Part shown: in pieces, positions 12,866-25,676 of the stretch
Numbering within the stretch: position 1 is the first letter of the stretch
Layout: each line of letters starts with the position of its first letter
DNA from: Rhizophagus irregularis
Lineage: Eukaryota
DNA: 64,000 nucleotides
Assembly: GCF_026210795.1 (NCBI RefSeq)
Contig: NC_089429.1
Span: 6,014,001-6,078,000, forward strand
Direction of reading: 5' to 3'
Translations under genes and position numbers: made by a program
The notes under the pieces: model-generated
What the model saw: only the letters and a program-made list of their open reading frames with translations
What the model was told of the DNA's origin: nothing
The model's database searches: none

Positions 12866-13912
12866 TTATCTTTTTCTTTTTCTTCTCTTCTTTTTGGTTT
12901 TTCTAATTTCAATCAATGTTGTTTCAACAATTGGCGGTATAGAATTACCTCGAATTTTAAAAAAAGAATTTAATAATGATTCTCCAATTGTTTTCATTTG
13001 TGATTTGAACATCTTTATTAAATCTTCAATTATATTATCGGTAAGTTGAAAACCAAGATTAATTAGTTTTTGTAGCTTCCCAGCTACAGTATCTGAACTT
13101 GGACACACCCAAGTTTTTATTGGATTTGGAGGAAAACACACGACAAAGAAACCTTTCACAACTAATCCATTCATATCACTGCATACTTCATTATATCCAA
13201 TTTTCTTCCATAATGTCACAAGTTCCGGGTGGATTAGAATTGCTCTCGATATTAAATTAATTTCTAGTTTATTTTCATAACCATCTTGCGATGGAAATTG
13301 TTCAGTTACACCTACGGAATGTTGGTATGCTGTAGTAAGTCTTGGACGAGATGGAAAGGGAATGAATTTTTTATTTAAAATTAAATCCTCAATTTCTTGA
13401 AGATTTTTGAGAAGAATGGGCGGTGCTTGATCGATCGCATGAGCACCAGCAGTTAAGTAATGGAATAATTCTAAATCGTTTCCCCTGATAGTAAAATTCA
13501 ATTTCAGCTCATTAGTTGCTTCAGTTATTAATTTCGTAAAAACTGAAAGAGGCAAATCACTTGCCCAGGGTTTATTTTTAGGTGCTTTAATATTTGTATT
13601 GTATTTAATTCTCATCTCGATTAATCTTTGATCGTAAGTACCGAATTGCATCATCAATCGTTGTACAATGTATCTTGATATGATCGCTTTCTTAGCAAGT
13701 AATGTTTGTACAACTTCTACTGTTGCGAAATTTCCTAACCTAATAGCATGAAATAAAACATGTGCTCTACCGTATTTATAAATCAACCATTCGGCGCGAG
13801 CATGAGGATTTTGTGAGGTAGAATACCAATTACGATTGATAAGAATGAGTGACATAGGTCTAGATACGTATTTAAAGATTTCAACTTTTAATTCACTGCT
13901 TAAAGACTCCAT
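12866..13912 (-). CDS. Divergent F-box-like protein with basic C-terminal tail (348 aa)
   Basis: Long clean ORF; MESLSSELKVEIFKYV..LILINRNW resembles an F-box; ends KKKRRKRKR (NLS-like). Confidence 0.75.
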   Translation of the reverse strand: MESLSSELKVEIFKYVSRPMSLILINRNWYSTSQNPHARAEWLIYKYGRAHVLFHAIRLGNFATVEVVQTLLAKKAIISRYIVQRLMMQFGTYDQRLIEMRIKYNTNIKAPKNKPWASDLPLSVFTKLITEATNELKLNFTIRGNDLELFHYLTAGAHAIDQAPPILLKNLQEIEDLILNKKFIPFPSRPRLTTAYQHSVGVTEQFPSQDGYENKLEINLISRAILIHPELVTLWKKIGYNEVCSDMNGLVVKGFFVVCFPPNPIKTWVCPSSDTVAGKLQKLINLGFQLTDNIIEDLIKMFKSQMKTIGESLLNSFFKIRGNSIPPIVETTLIEIRKTKKKRRKRKR

Positions 13913-14739
13913 CGTTTAATTTTTTTTTAAAAAAAAAAAGAAAAAAAAATGTTTCATTTATAGTGTAGGAAAAATTTTTTATTTGATTTTAATTTTTTTT
14001 AAAAAAAATTGTAGGAAGAATCTGAAGAAAAAGGGACGTTGAAAAATAACCTTATTTATATTTCGTCGATCCTTTATAATGATAATAACGGCAAAGGGCG
14101 TTACCTTTTTTCTCTTTCAACATGAACAAAAACATTACAAAAAACGTAAATCATTGGTTTATCGCAAAAATTAAAATTATATTTGATAATAATATATATA
14201 TATTAATTAATTTGTACACATTGACCGATAATGAAAAAAAATTCTTTTTTTTTTATACGTATTATTACTATATCTGCATAGTGCATAAAACGAAATGAAT
14301 TATTAAAAAAGGATATTCTTTCACTATAACGATAATGAAAAAAAGCTAAACCATTTTTGTATTAATTGTATTAATTTTAAACTGAAAAAGGACAATAATC
14401 ACAGTAAAAGGGGCTGTGCCCCATAAAAAGATTGAATATAAATAATATTATAGTATTGTACTATCACTTTCAAGAAAAGCTGGATTTTATTGGTGCGAAA
14501 ATAAAATTTTACGATTTCATTGTTCGCGTGATCAGCATTTTTTCACAGTCCGCCTGTCAATAATTAACTATTAACAGGAATAAAAACGTCGATTAGATGA
14601 CATATGAATAATCGATTAACCAAGGATCCTAACCAATTAATTATTCGATTAACACTGAAAAATATTGATTTTTTTTTTTGGCACCAAATTAATTTTGTTC
14701 ATTTTAATCGAATAACCGACTCTTAATTGGTTAAGGTTA

Positions 14740-14981
14740 CGGTACATTTCACCGAATTCCATTTCACCGAATGGACATTTCGCCGAATGGACATTTTCAT
14801 GAAAAAATATTCATGGCGCAGTGAAAATAAAAAATAAATTATTTTGAAATTTTTCTAGAAAAAATTCTTTATGTACTATTTTAGTATAAAACAATAAAAA
14901 TAAAATAATTTTTCGGCGATGTTCATTCGACAAAATATCTATTCGGCGAAGTATCCCTTCGGCGAAAAGTCCCGATACCGT
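14740..14981. mobile_element. MITE-like element with subterminal repeats
   Basis: Ends acggta..taccgt; repeated tt(c)accgaa/ttcgccgaa on the left, mirrored by ttcggcgaa repeats on the right. Confidence 0.55.
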
Positions 14982-16040
14982 CGGTTAAACCGTCTTAATT
15001 ATCAGTTAATCAAATCCAATAATGAAAATAATTAAATAAAAAAAAATTTATGACTCAACTACCGTAGTTATAATACTAGGATGGAAATATGTTTATCCTA
15101 TCCGTTCTATTAATAACATTTTTTTAATTTGTTTATTTTTTTTTTGTTTTTGCAAAAACATGAAATAAATTTAGGCGCAGATTTTTTTTTCAAACAGGTT
15201 ACAGTATACGGTAATACGGAGGAATATCCGTTTGAAATTTATGACAAAGAAATTTGGCTTAGATGAAGTCTACAATGTAACACAAATTATTGCTTCTATA
15301 CTTTTCTTATTTAGTTGATCTATTGTAAATTTTAGGACCACATTTGTTACTATTGAATGATGCATTTGGAAATACCCCCAAAAAATTTTATAAATCTTAT
15401 TTGTAGACCCTACCCTTTATTCACTGTCATTAATCGATCTAACTTTTTATGGATTAGTATGTGAATAAAAAATAACAATATTAATGCCTTAACAAAATTG
15501 CAGATCCAATTGCCGAACGTGTATGCATAATCTTGGCCAAAAGTCACATGGTGCATTTCCTTTTTCGCGTTTTAACGGTCGATGGAAAGGAGATTCCATC
15601 TCAATGAATTACGCAAAAAGAGTAGTATAACAATGTGATCATCGAGGGCGTATTTTATGAGACCTTTTAAGATATAGACTTCTGTAAATGGAACATTAAA
15701 TAGTGATTTAAAAAAAACAAAATTCTTTTTTTCTTTTTTTTTCTTCTTTTTTATTTATTGTACAAATTTGCTGTTTATTTTAAAATAATTGGTACAAACA
15801 TATATGTGAAACATAATAGATAAACGAATAAAATGTATTGTATGATTTTTAAATAAATTTTACAATGAATTTTTGCACACCACACAAAAAAAAAAATATT
15901 TTTTTCATTTTTTTCATGAGGACCTTTCAAAATCTTTAATAGGTTAATCAGTTTTACTTGATTCTAACATTCTAACATGTTTCAAATGATAATCTATTAA
16001 TAATTCTAAAATTCTTGGCGTTTCAGAATCAGTCATCTGT

Positions 16041-16084
<44 letters not shown>

Positions 16085-16746
16085 TAAAATAAAATAAAAT
16101 AAAATAAAGAACCTAAATGAGAAGTTTTATCAAAGAAAATAGTCTATATGAATAAATATGGGTAAATGTTTTCTTTTTTATTCTCTAAATATACATACTA
16201 TATATATATATTTATAATTTAAAATTGTATTATCTTAAAAAAAAAAATAATAATTTTCAAAAAAAAAATTCATATGACGCAATTTTCTGAGTAGATCAGG
16301 TAATGATCAGAAAATCGACCGGAGTTAGAATATTAACAAGATCCACACATATATTGTTTAATTACAATATATTATTTAAATTATGATCATCGTCATTGAA
16401 CTTTCCGTATAATCACGTTATTATAAATTTTTGTTAAATTGGATAATTAACCTTTATAATATCACAATACAGTACGGTACGTAAATAATACTATACTATT
16501 ATACGTTTTTACAATATATACTTCTTTCATAAATGTTTAAGAATAATTATTATCAAATTTAGATTATTATTATAGATGTAAAAGATGTCCTGCTTGTTGT
16601 TTTAGAAATTTATCCAATATTCGTTTAAAATAAACTTTAAGATAATACATATACAGTATAATTTATTGTACTAAATGTCTCAGTACAGAACAATACGTAC
16701 GTACAATACTAAAATGTACTGTACTATACGAAGTGCCGAATGAGTG

Positions 16747-17856
16747 ATTTATCCGGTATCACGTGATTTAAATACGATTTAATATTTAATGCGATTTATT
16801 CAGGTTCTTAACTTCTTATCCTAGACCGCGACTGTATTAATCACGTGACAATTACTCTGAAAAAACTTATTTATATAGGAAGAACCTGAACTGGATAAAT
16901 TTGTCCTATTAATAATCGGGGATCCTTAACCTGTACCCCGGGTATACGATATTATTCTGTTCCCCCTTTTTCTTAAATATGATTGGCTCAAATTGTAGCC
17001 ACAAATTTCGTGTAACTTTATCTTAGAAAATATCTTATTTCGCGAAAAAAAACAAGAACGAAAAAAAACAAGAGCAAAAAAAATTTAATTACACATATAA
17101 CAAGAAGGAAAAAATTTTTATAACACTCAATATATTTTATTCAGTTTTTTCAGTTTAATAATTTTATTTTGTATTTTATTAAACTTTAATAAACAAACAC
17201 AAAATTTTCATAAAACTTGAATATACACAGTAAATTACTAAATTTTATTACAAAATCTATGAATACTAACTCAGACAATAACGAAAATTAATATTTAAAT
17301 ATTTTTATATTCATTAAACAGTTATACTTATTCAAAATTAGTTATGTTTGGTCATAATGTTTAAATTACGCGACGAAGTATCTGTATAAAATATAACAAA
17401 AAAATAAAAAAAATAAATATAATTTCATAAATATTCACACTTAACTTGATAAAATTAAATACTTAATAGTCCCATCTCTGCAGAACAACTTTATTTAACT
17501 CTTAAGAACGCGTTTACTTTGGATAAGCTGTTGTAATTATATTAATAAAGTTAAAAAACAAGCGCGCACTGTAATTTTTACTATAAAAACTCTTATAAAC
17601 CTCAAGTAATTTTATAAAATTTTAAATTAATTATATAACTTCATACCTTTATTCCTGTAAAACGATTTCATAGAAATGAGAAAAAGTGAAAGAAAAAGAA
17701 AGAGAGTGTGTATACAGTTTATTGTTGAAGCGTAAACGATAAACAAATAAAATCAGTGTGTGACGTAAGGGGGAACAGGATAAGTAACGTATACCCCTAG
17801 GAACAGGTTAAGATTCCCCTTAATAATCATATAAAATCACGTGATACCGGATAAAT
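16747..17856. mobile_element. Small TIR element (~200 bp of own sequence) hosting the nested MULE
   Basis: 23-bp perfect inverted repeat atttatccggtatcacgtgattt / aaatcacgtgataccggataaat. Confidence 0.6.
16918..17819. mobile_element. Non-autonomous Mutator-like (MULE) element, 902 bp
   Basis: Imperfect ~50-bp TIRs ggggatccttaacctgt..ctgttccccctt / aagggggaacag..acaggttaagattcccc; exact 9-bp TSD TTAATAATC at 16909-16917 and 17820-17828. Confidence 0.85.
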
Positions 17857-20800
17857 TATTTTATTAATTCTTACCAAAATAGGATTTACAATTTATAAAG
17901 TATCATTTAATATCTGATATTATTATTTAGCCGAAATTGTATTTTTCGTTAAATTGATCTTCGGGAAATATAATTGTTCGGGAATATCAGTTATATCATA
18001 TATCACAGAGTCAATCCGTTTCGGCAACATCGGGACAAATTAATGCCGAAAATCAGTCCCGTCATTGGATTGTGTTACCAAAATGACAATCTTTCTCGGG
18101 TTTTTAATTTCCTCATTAGTTTGTCTCAAAAAGAGTTGGACTTCAATCAATTGGTTTGCGAAAATAACTCCGACAATACGCCTCTCAAAATAGAAATACT
18201 TAAATATTGTCAGATTGAAATTAATTTTTTCATGTGAAATAAAACAATTCCGGGAAATATATTTTTCCAGTACGCTACGTCCGGAACCGAACCAGGCCAA
18301 TCTATATAAAACGATCCTGAATCGGTTTGATTGATTAATTTAAAGAAATTTCCTTTTTTTACCAAGTACTCATTATAATCCTCTGTCGCACTAAGTGTCA
18401 CTCATGATCACCTTTCATTACTAATCTTTAAAAATTGCGAGTGATCATAAATGACGGGAATCTTTCGTCATATAGATAGCTGGGAAATTACTAATTTAGC
18501 TTAAAATAGTTTTTAAAATAGTTAAAATAGTTGATATTTAATGAGTAACACTCTTCAGGGGATTAACATGATTTTTTTTCCCTTCTGGGAAAAAAATCAA
18601 CTCCCCATGAAATAGAGGAGTTGTCATTTGTTAAACGACCTGGCAGTTTCTTCATTCATTCACCAATTATTATAAATAATCAACTTTTTATTCATGAATA
18701 ATAAGAGTATAAATAGATTCATCTGCAATGAGTTTAGAATAATATAATGTAAAAAATAATATTGTTATCCCAATTTATTTTTAATTAAAGAATCACTCGC
18801 ATAATATGGGAAATCCATTTGAATTGAATAAGCATTTTATTTTTAATTTACTTATTTCATTTGCGGTAAAATATATTTGACGATAATGAAAACCTCCATC
18901 GTCGTTATTATTGTGGATCAAGGCTAATGGTTTTATCCGTATCTAACATATTGTACAAGAAAACAAGAAACTATTATTCCGATACGTACATGTACTTTCG
19001 TTTTTACTGCGCACGAGTCGCGATTAAGTATAAAATCAGCTATAATTTTTTGGTTGCGAGTTGTGAGTTGTGCTCAATTATTCACCATATGTCAATTATA
19101 TGAATATTAAGCATTTAAAATTTCTAAGATAATTAAATTTTTTTTAATTAAAAACAAATATAAGATTCTACCACACAAGAAGAAAGAGAAGAGAAATAAA
19201 TATAATTTATTTTTCTTTTCATTTTTATTCACAAATCCTTCTATCAACATCCTTCCATATTTTTAAATCATATATATATACAGCCCTCTTCGCTCAAAAT
19301 TGGAAGGTAAATATATTCATATTATAATATTCTTTAATTTGAAGTTTTTTTTTTAAAAAAAATCAATTTTAACTAATATTTATTTTTTATTTTATAATTC
19401 AGTTTATTTTATTTGTATATTTATTTTTAATTGTATATAATTTTTTTGTAAAAAAAAGTATTTAATAGAATAGATAATTAATATAATGTTAGAAAATGAA
19501 GGACAGCATAGGTTGTTTCTTCATATAACGAGTCCATAATACGGAAATAGTTTTTTTTATGTAACAGCATTCTTCGTTTTTCGATCTGGCTAAATTTTTT
19601 TTTTCATTTCTTTTATTTCTTTTTCAAATTATTCTTTCTTTCTTTCCCTTCCATCGTTCTCTACCATGTTATTATCCTTCCTATGTTTGTTAAAAAATAA
19701 GATTTTTATATACATGTAACTATGTAAGCTACTTTAATAAAATTAAACCGTGATAAATAATATATAATAACTGCATTTGAAAAAATTTTTTTTAAAAAGA
19801 TTAAAGTTATGTTTAAATCATTCACCAATTACAATCGTAATCAAAAAAGTTCGGTTGTATTTGTTATAGCGTTTACCTTATTTATTAACTTATATAAGAT
19901 TTTTCATCGGTTCAAATCCGTCCAATTAAACGCGTGCTACATTAATTGATTGTTTATGCACCAAAAAAAGAATGATCCGATTAAAAAAACACCATAATCG
20001 TCGATCGTGGCTCAATTGGCTCATGGCTACGTGTGATCAATCGATCGTGTTATACCACGGGTTTTTTGTCACTCATACTACTACAATACAATCATACAGT
20101 GAATAGTAATTTAAAAAATGTAACTTAAAAAATGAAACTTTTTTATTTGTTAACTATATAAAATATATGTATACATTCTTCGTAATAGAGTAACACCGTT
20201 AACAGAACGGTTCCAAAATATAACTATAACTTTATCATTATCCGTTCTTTAATAACGGAGTGGATCAAAATAATGAATTTTTATTTGGGGTTTAGTTTTG
20301 TAATCGTGAATATGAATATACCCAAAATATCTTATTTTGTAATAATAATATTGAAGCGAAATCGCAACTCAATCGGTATTTGGAATTGGTGTGACTGGTT
20401 GTCGACTGATTGTGTATTAAGAGACAGATTAAATTTATTAGTTCTCAAAGCGCGGGAGAACTATAAGTTCCATCTTCACCTCTAGGAAACATAAGAACAT
20501 AATAAAGTGGTGCATAAGGATGATGTATTTCTGAAATTCGCTGTATTCCACCTTCATGTGGTCGTAGTATAATATCTCGATTTTAGAAACATTGAGATAA
20601 GAAAATCTCATATGATGAATTATCTACAGCTTTATCGGTATGTGGAGAAGTGGTGTGATGATTGAACGGTCAAATTTATTAATTCTCTCCCATCGACTCC
20701 TAATTTGCCTGGCGTAACTTCAACTGTACATAATGATACATAGACTCAGATAGAGTCATTGATGTATTTCTTTAGAATAGAAGAAAAATTTTATACGCCA

Positions 20801-20959
20801 TACACATGGACTGCTCCCCACGCTTTACTAGCAGCAGTAGCAGCAGGTTGAACGGGTTATTTGTTGCATAACTGCAGTGGAAGCCTCATCTATGAAAATT
20901 TTTATTCGTTATATATAATCTACAGCTGTGATTTCTAGATTAGAAACAATTTCTTTTCC

Positions 20960-23520
20960 TAGTATTTATTAATTTCCTTGAATTTCTCCGATAGACTATA
21001 TGCAGTAATGATGTGCATACTTCGTTTCTTATAGATATTGAGAGGATGAAGGTCACAAGATTATTTGGATTCATTATCCTTTCTAAAGCTTTTTGTAACG
21101 CCGTCTTCCATTATGACTCTGATAGAGAAGAACCAGGTCGCCGATTTTAAACTGCACGTCATGAAGAGTACTATCGCGTTGCTTTTGCTTCTGCTGCGGT
21201 TGATATATTACATCCTCCGATCTCCCACAATTTTCCAGCTAGCGTGTGAATTCGGTTAAAAAGATCTTGCTGAATGTCACTTTTGGATAGGGAGGCAATC
21301 TTTTCTGAAGTATTACGACATACGCGCCTAATTTTACGTCCAAAAGGAATAATTTTGAAGACACATTTCACTCTTGTAGAAGAGAGAAAGAAGTACTGGT
21401 GAACGAGGTGCTAATCAGAATCAGAAATAGATGGGTGGAGTCGCCTGGAATTCCTGCGAACTTCGGTCCAGTACAGTGTCAAGTCTTTTTTGTTATGATT
21501 TTGATCGTGCACTTTCTGATACATTCAATTTTATAGATATTGAGAGGATGAAGGTCACAAGATTATTGGGAATCATTATCCTTTCTAAAGCTTTTTGGAA
21601 CGGCGTTTCCATTGTGACTTTGATAGAGAAGAACCAGGTCGCCGATTTTAAACTGCACGTCATGGAGAGTACTATCGTGACGTTGCTTTTTGCTTCTGAT
21701 GCGATTGATATATTACATCCTGCGTTATAAGCCGATCTCCCACAATTTTTCCAGCTAGCGTGTGAATTCGGTCAAAAAGATCTTGCTGAATGTCACTTTT
21801 TGATAGGGAGGCAAGCTTTTCTGAAGTATTTACGACATACATGCCTAATTTTACTTCTACAAGAGTGAAATGTGTCTTCAAAATTATTCCTTTTGGAAAG
21901 AAGTACGAAGTGCTAATCAGAGGATCATGAGTAGATGGGTGGAGTCGCCTGGAATTCCTGCGAACTTCGGTCCTTTCAAAACGTTATCTATTTTGAGTAC
22001 AGTGTCAAGTCTTTTTGTTATGATTTTGATCGTGCACTTTCTGATACATTCAATTTTATTGATATTGAGAGGATGAAGGTCACAAGATTATTTGGAATCA
22101 TTATCCTTTCTAAAACTTTTTGGAACGGCGTCTTCCATTATGACTTTGATAGAGAAGAACCAGGTAGCCGATTTTAAACTGCACGTCATGAAGAGTACTA
22201 TCGTGACGTTGCTTTTGCTTCTGCTGCGATTGATATATTGCATCCTGCGTTGTAAGCCGATCTCCCACAATTTTTCCAGCTAGCGTGTGAAAAGATCTTG
22301 CTGAATGTCACTTTTGGATAGGGAGGCAAGCTTTTCTGAAGTATTTACGACATACGCGCCTAATTTACTTCTACAAGAGTGAAATGTGTCTTCAAAATTA
22401 TTCCTTTTGGAAGAGGGAAAGAGGTACTAACGAGGTGCTATTTAATGTAATCAGAGGATCATAAGTAGATAGGTGGAGTCGCCTGGAATTCCTGCGAACT
22501 TCGGTCCTTTCAGAACGTTATCTATTTTGAGTACAGTGTCAAGTAATTTTGATCGTGCACTTTCTGATACATTCAATTAATAAAATTGGACGAGTCTTTT
22601 TAAATTGTAGTTCCAATAATATGTTTACGGGATTGAATATAGTTGCGTAAGTTTCCATTTTTCTGGGATTGTCTTTGTTCATAAACCCGCAAAATCTCTT
22701 AGAGGTGCTTGCTCTTTTTTACTGCTTTTTTAATTAACCTGTTAATAATGTTGGATATTCTTGGCGCTGAATCATCATTAAACGATGCGGGCATTCTATC
22801 TCATACTTCTTCTGTAAGTGGTGGAAATATATTATCGTATATGAACGATCTGATTCTTCTTTTATATTCCTTTCATCAGACCGATCTATTCTGATCTTAA
22901 TCTGATAGATTATGAATTTATGCTCGCGTTTCCTAAAAATTTTTGAAAATGTTCTTACAGCTTCTTTCTTGAGCGATCTTTCTTCTGTGATAAGTATTCC
23001 TTCGCCCAGTTCACATCGTTCTGGATTTTGTTGTACCTTTTGTCTAATAAGCTGTTGATCATTTCCTTCGGTCTTCTAAGATCATCGAATTTCTGTTTCA
23101 ATTCTTTGTTTTATTACTTCCTCCCTTTTCCGCTGATCTTTTACTTTAATTATATGTTTGACGATATGTTTGACGGGTTTGACCCATGATTTAGCATCTT
23201 TTGCCCTTGTATGAGGATCTGTAGATGACCGTAGCGATATATATATGTATATTATATATAATAGATGTATCGTAATTCGTGTGTTTTGTTTAAATTATTG
23301 ATCCTAATGTGTTCATGTTGCTTAATGTCATTTTTGAGAAGTCATACTTCTGGTGTGTAAGAGGTCTTTTCGTTCTTTTGTAGAATCTTCTAATTACGTG
23401 ACCTTTCCCGTTGGGATCCACCTTCTCTGGTAAAAGGAATGTTCTTTCTGTACGACCTCGGAGCAGATAATTGAGAGTACTAATTGTCTGACCTTGTTTC
23501 TCAATATAAGTGAAAAATAG
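20960..23520 (-). mobile_element. Decayed non-LTR (LINE-like) retrotransposon, reverse-transcriptase region
   Basis: Minus-strand remnants [76 protein letters not shown] match early non-LTR RT subdomains; many stops and frameshifts; outer limits approximate. Confidence 0.8.
21031..22578. repeat. Tandem triplication (~500-525 bp units) inside the LINE
   Basis: gatattgagaggatgaaggtcacaagatt recurs in units starting near 21031, 21533 and 22058; explains the near-identical short ORFs in the track. Confidence 0.92.
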
Positions 23521-24214
23521 TGTGTATTATTTTCTTAAGCTTTTAAACTAAAAGATTAAGATCCTTTTAGCGTTCTGAAATATCCTTTTATAAACTAGAG
23601 ATTGGTCCATCCAATTCTTGCCATGAAGATATTGAAAACATGAAAAAAGCCCCATAATAATGTTTTCGCATTGCTAAACGTACTAGAAAATTACGGTACG
23701 AAATTATGTACTGAAAAAAAATTTTAATTTAAAATCTATTCTCTTTGTTCAATAGACTTTACAATCAATATAAGTTTAAAAATATGAGCATACCTTATTT
23801 TAAAAATTCGGTACAAAATCTGAAATTAATTTTTACGAGATAAACAAAAAACTTTATCAGATTAGCACACGTGGACTCAAGTAACGAGTTTGTACACAGG
23901 TGTCACAGCCATCATATTTATTAGATTATAATTTTGTTACAATTATTGTTTGGTTTTTTAATTTTTTATTGTTTGCAATAATCATTTATTATTTAATATT
24001 GTCAGTTATGATATTGGTAAGTATCGGGTATGTTTACGTGTTTAAGAATAAGTTATTTTCGGCCGTTATTCAAAAATTCAAAAATTAATTTTAGGAAAGT
24101 CCAACAAGAATTTCTTATAATAGAAAAAATAAGACTGAATGACTTTAAGTTAGAAATCATGCTAGAAATGTGATAATTCATCTACCAGATCTAGGTTTAT
24201 AAATAGAGCTTTTG

Positions 24215-25676
24215 CTCCTATTTATATGCGTTGTCGCAATCCCAATGGTTGTCTACTATTTAATCGAGAATATGACTACATTAAGTTGATTAGGGATGTA
24301 TATTTTATGATTTGATGCACCGTTTTGTATTTTACAAGTAAGTTAATTTTCAATAAATTTAAGTGTATTATTTATGGGTTATTCTTAAGGATCTTCCGCC
24401 AGTAGTGATTACTCTTATTGCTAAATTACATTTTAAACATTATAGGAATTAGATCATCTACCATTTGGATCAGATAGTAGTACTATTGTTGAAATCCAAT
24501 TACAGCAAAAAATACTGCTTCAATGCATGAAAGTTAATTTAAATATTCACTTTTATGCTTAATCGAATTGTATTTGTTCTGGATACTAACAGGTGTAACA
24601 TTTGGCGCACAATATTGGTTCAATATTCTAGTTTTTCTTGTTGCAGCATTTAAGTGCTTTTTAAATCATTATAATTACTCCTATTTATATGCGTTATCGT
24701 AAATCCCAATGGGAGACTACTATTTAATCGAGAATATGATGTTTGAGAATATCAAGTCGATTAGGGATGTATATTTTATGATTTGGGGCACCGTTTTGTA
24801 TTTACAAGTAAGTTAAAATTTTCAATAAATTTAAATGTATTATTTATGAATTATTTTTAAAGATCTTCCTCCAGTATTGATTGCTCTAATTGCTAAATTA
24901 CATTTTAAACATTATAGAAATTACTCCACAACTCGAACTAAATCATCTATCATTTGAATCAGATATTACTATTGTTAAATTCCAATCATGGCAACAAATA
25001 TTGCTTCAATGCATGAAAGTTGATTTGAATATTCACTTTTACGCTTAATCAAATTGTACGTGTTCAGGATCTTAATAGGTGCTCATCCCTCAACATTTGG
25101 CGCACAACATTAGTTCAATATTCTAGTTTTCCTTGTTGTAGTGTTCAAGTACTTTCTAAATCATTATAATTGCTCTTTATTTATATGCGTTATCGCAAAT
25201 CCAATTGGGAGCTACTATTTAATCGAGAATATGGCTAGAAGAAAATGTTTGAGAACATCAAGTTGACTAGGGATGTATATTTTATTATTTGAGGCACCGT
25301 TTTGTATTTACAAGTAAGTTAATTTTTTAGTAAATTTAAGTGTATTATTTATGGATTATTTTTAAGGATCTTCCGCCAGTAATGATTACTCTAATTACTA
25401 AATTACACTTTAAACTTACTCCACAGCTCAAATTAGATCTATCATTTGGATCGGATAGTACTATTGTTGAATCCAATTACAGCAACAGATACTGCTTCAA
25501 TGCATGAAAGTTAATCTGAATATTCACTTTTATGCTTAATCAAATTATACGTTGTTCAGGATCCTAACAGGTGTTCATCCCTTAACATTTGACGCACAAC
25601 ATCAGTTCAATATTCTAGTTTTCCTTGTTGCAGCGTATAGAACTTTTTCATCAAATTCAAGTACTTTTTAAATCAT
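24215..25676 (+). repeat. Tandem triplication (~460-500 bp units) of a decayed intron-containing gene fragment
   Basis: Units start ctc(c/t)tatttatatgcgtt near 24215, 24678 and 25173; each carries tttacaa|gtaagt (splice donor) and a DLPPVxIxLIxKLHF-like remnant. Confidence 0.85.

Noticed and set aside
21065..22283. Family of short paralogous ORFs
   Set aside because: Products of the triplicated, frameshifted LINE segment rather than independent genes.
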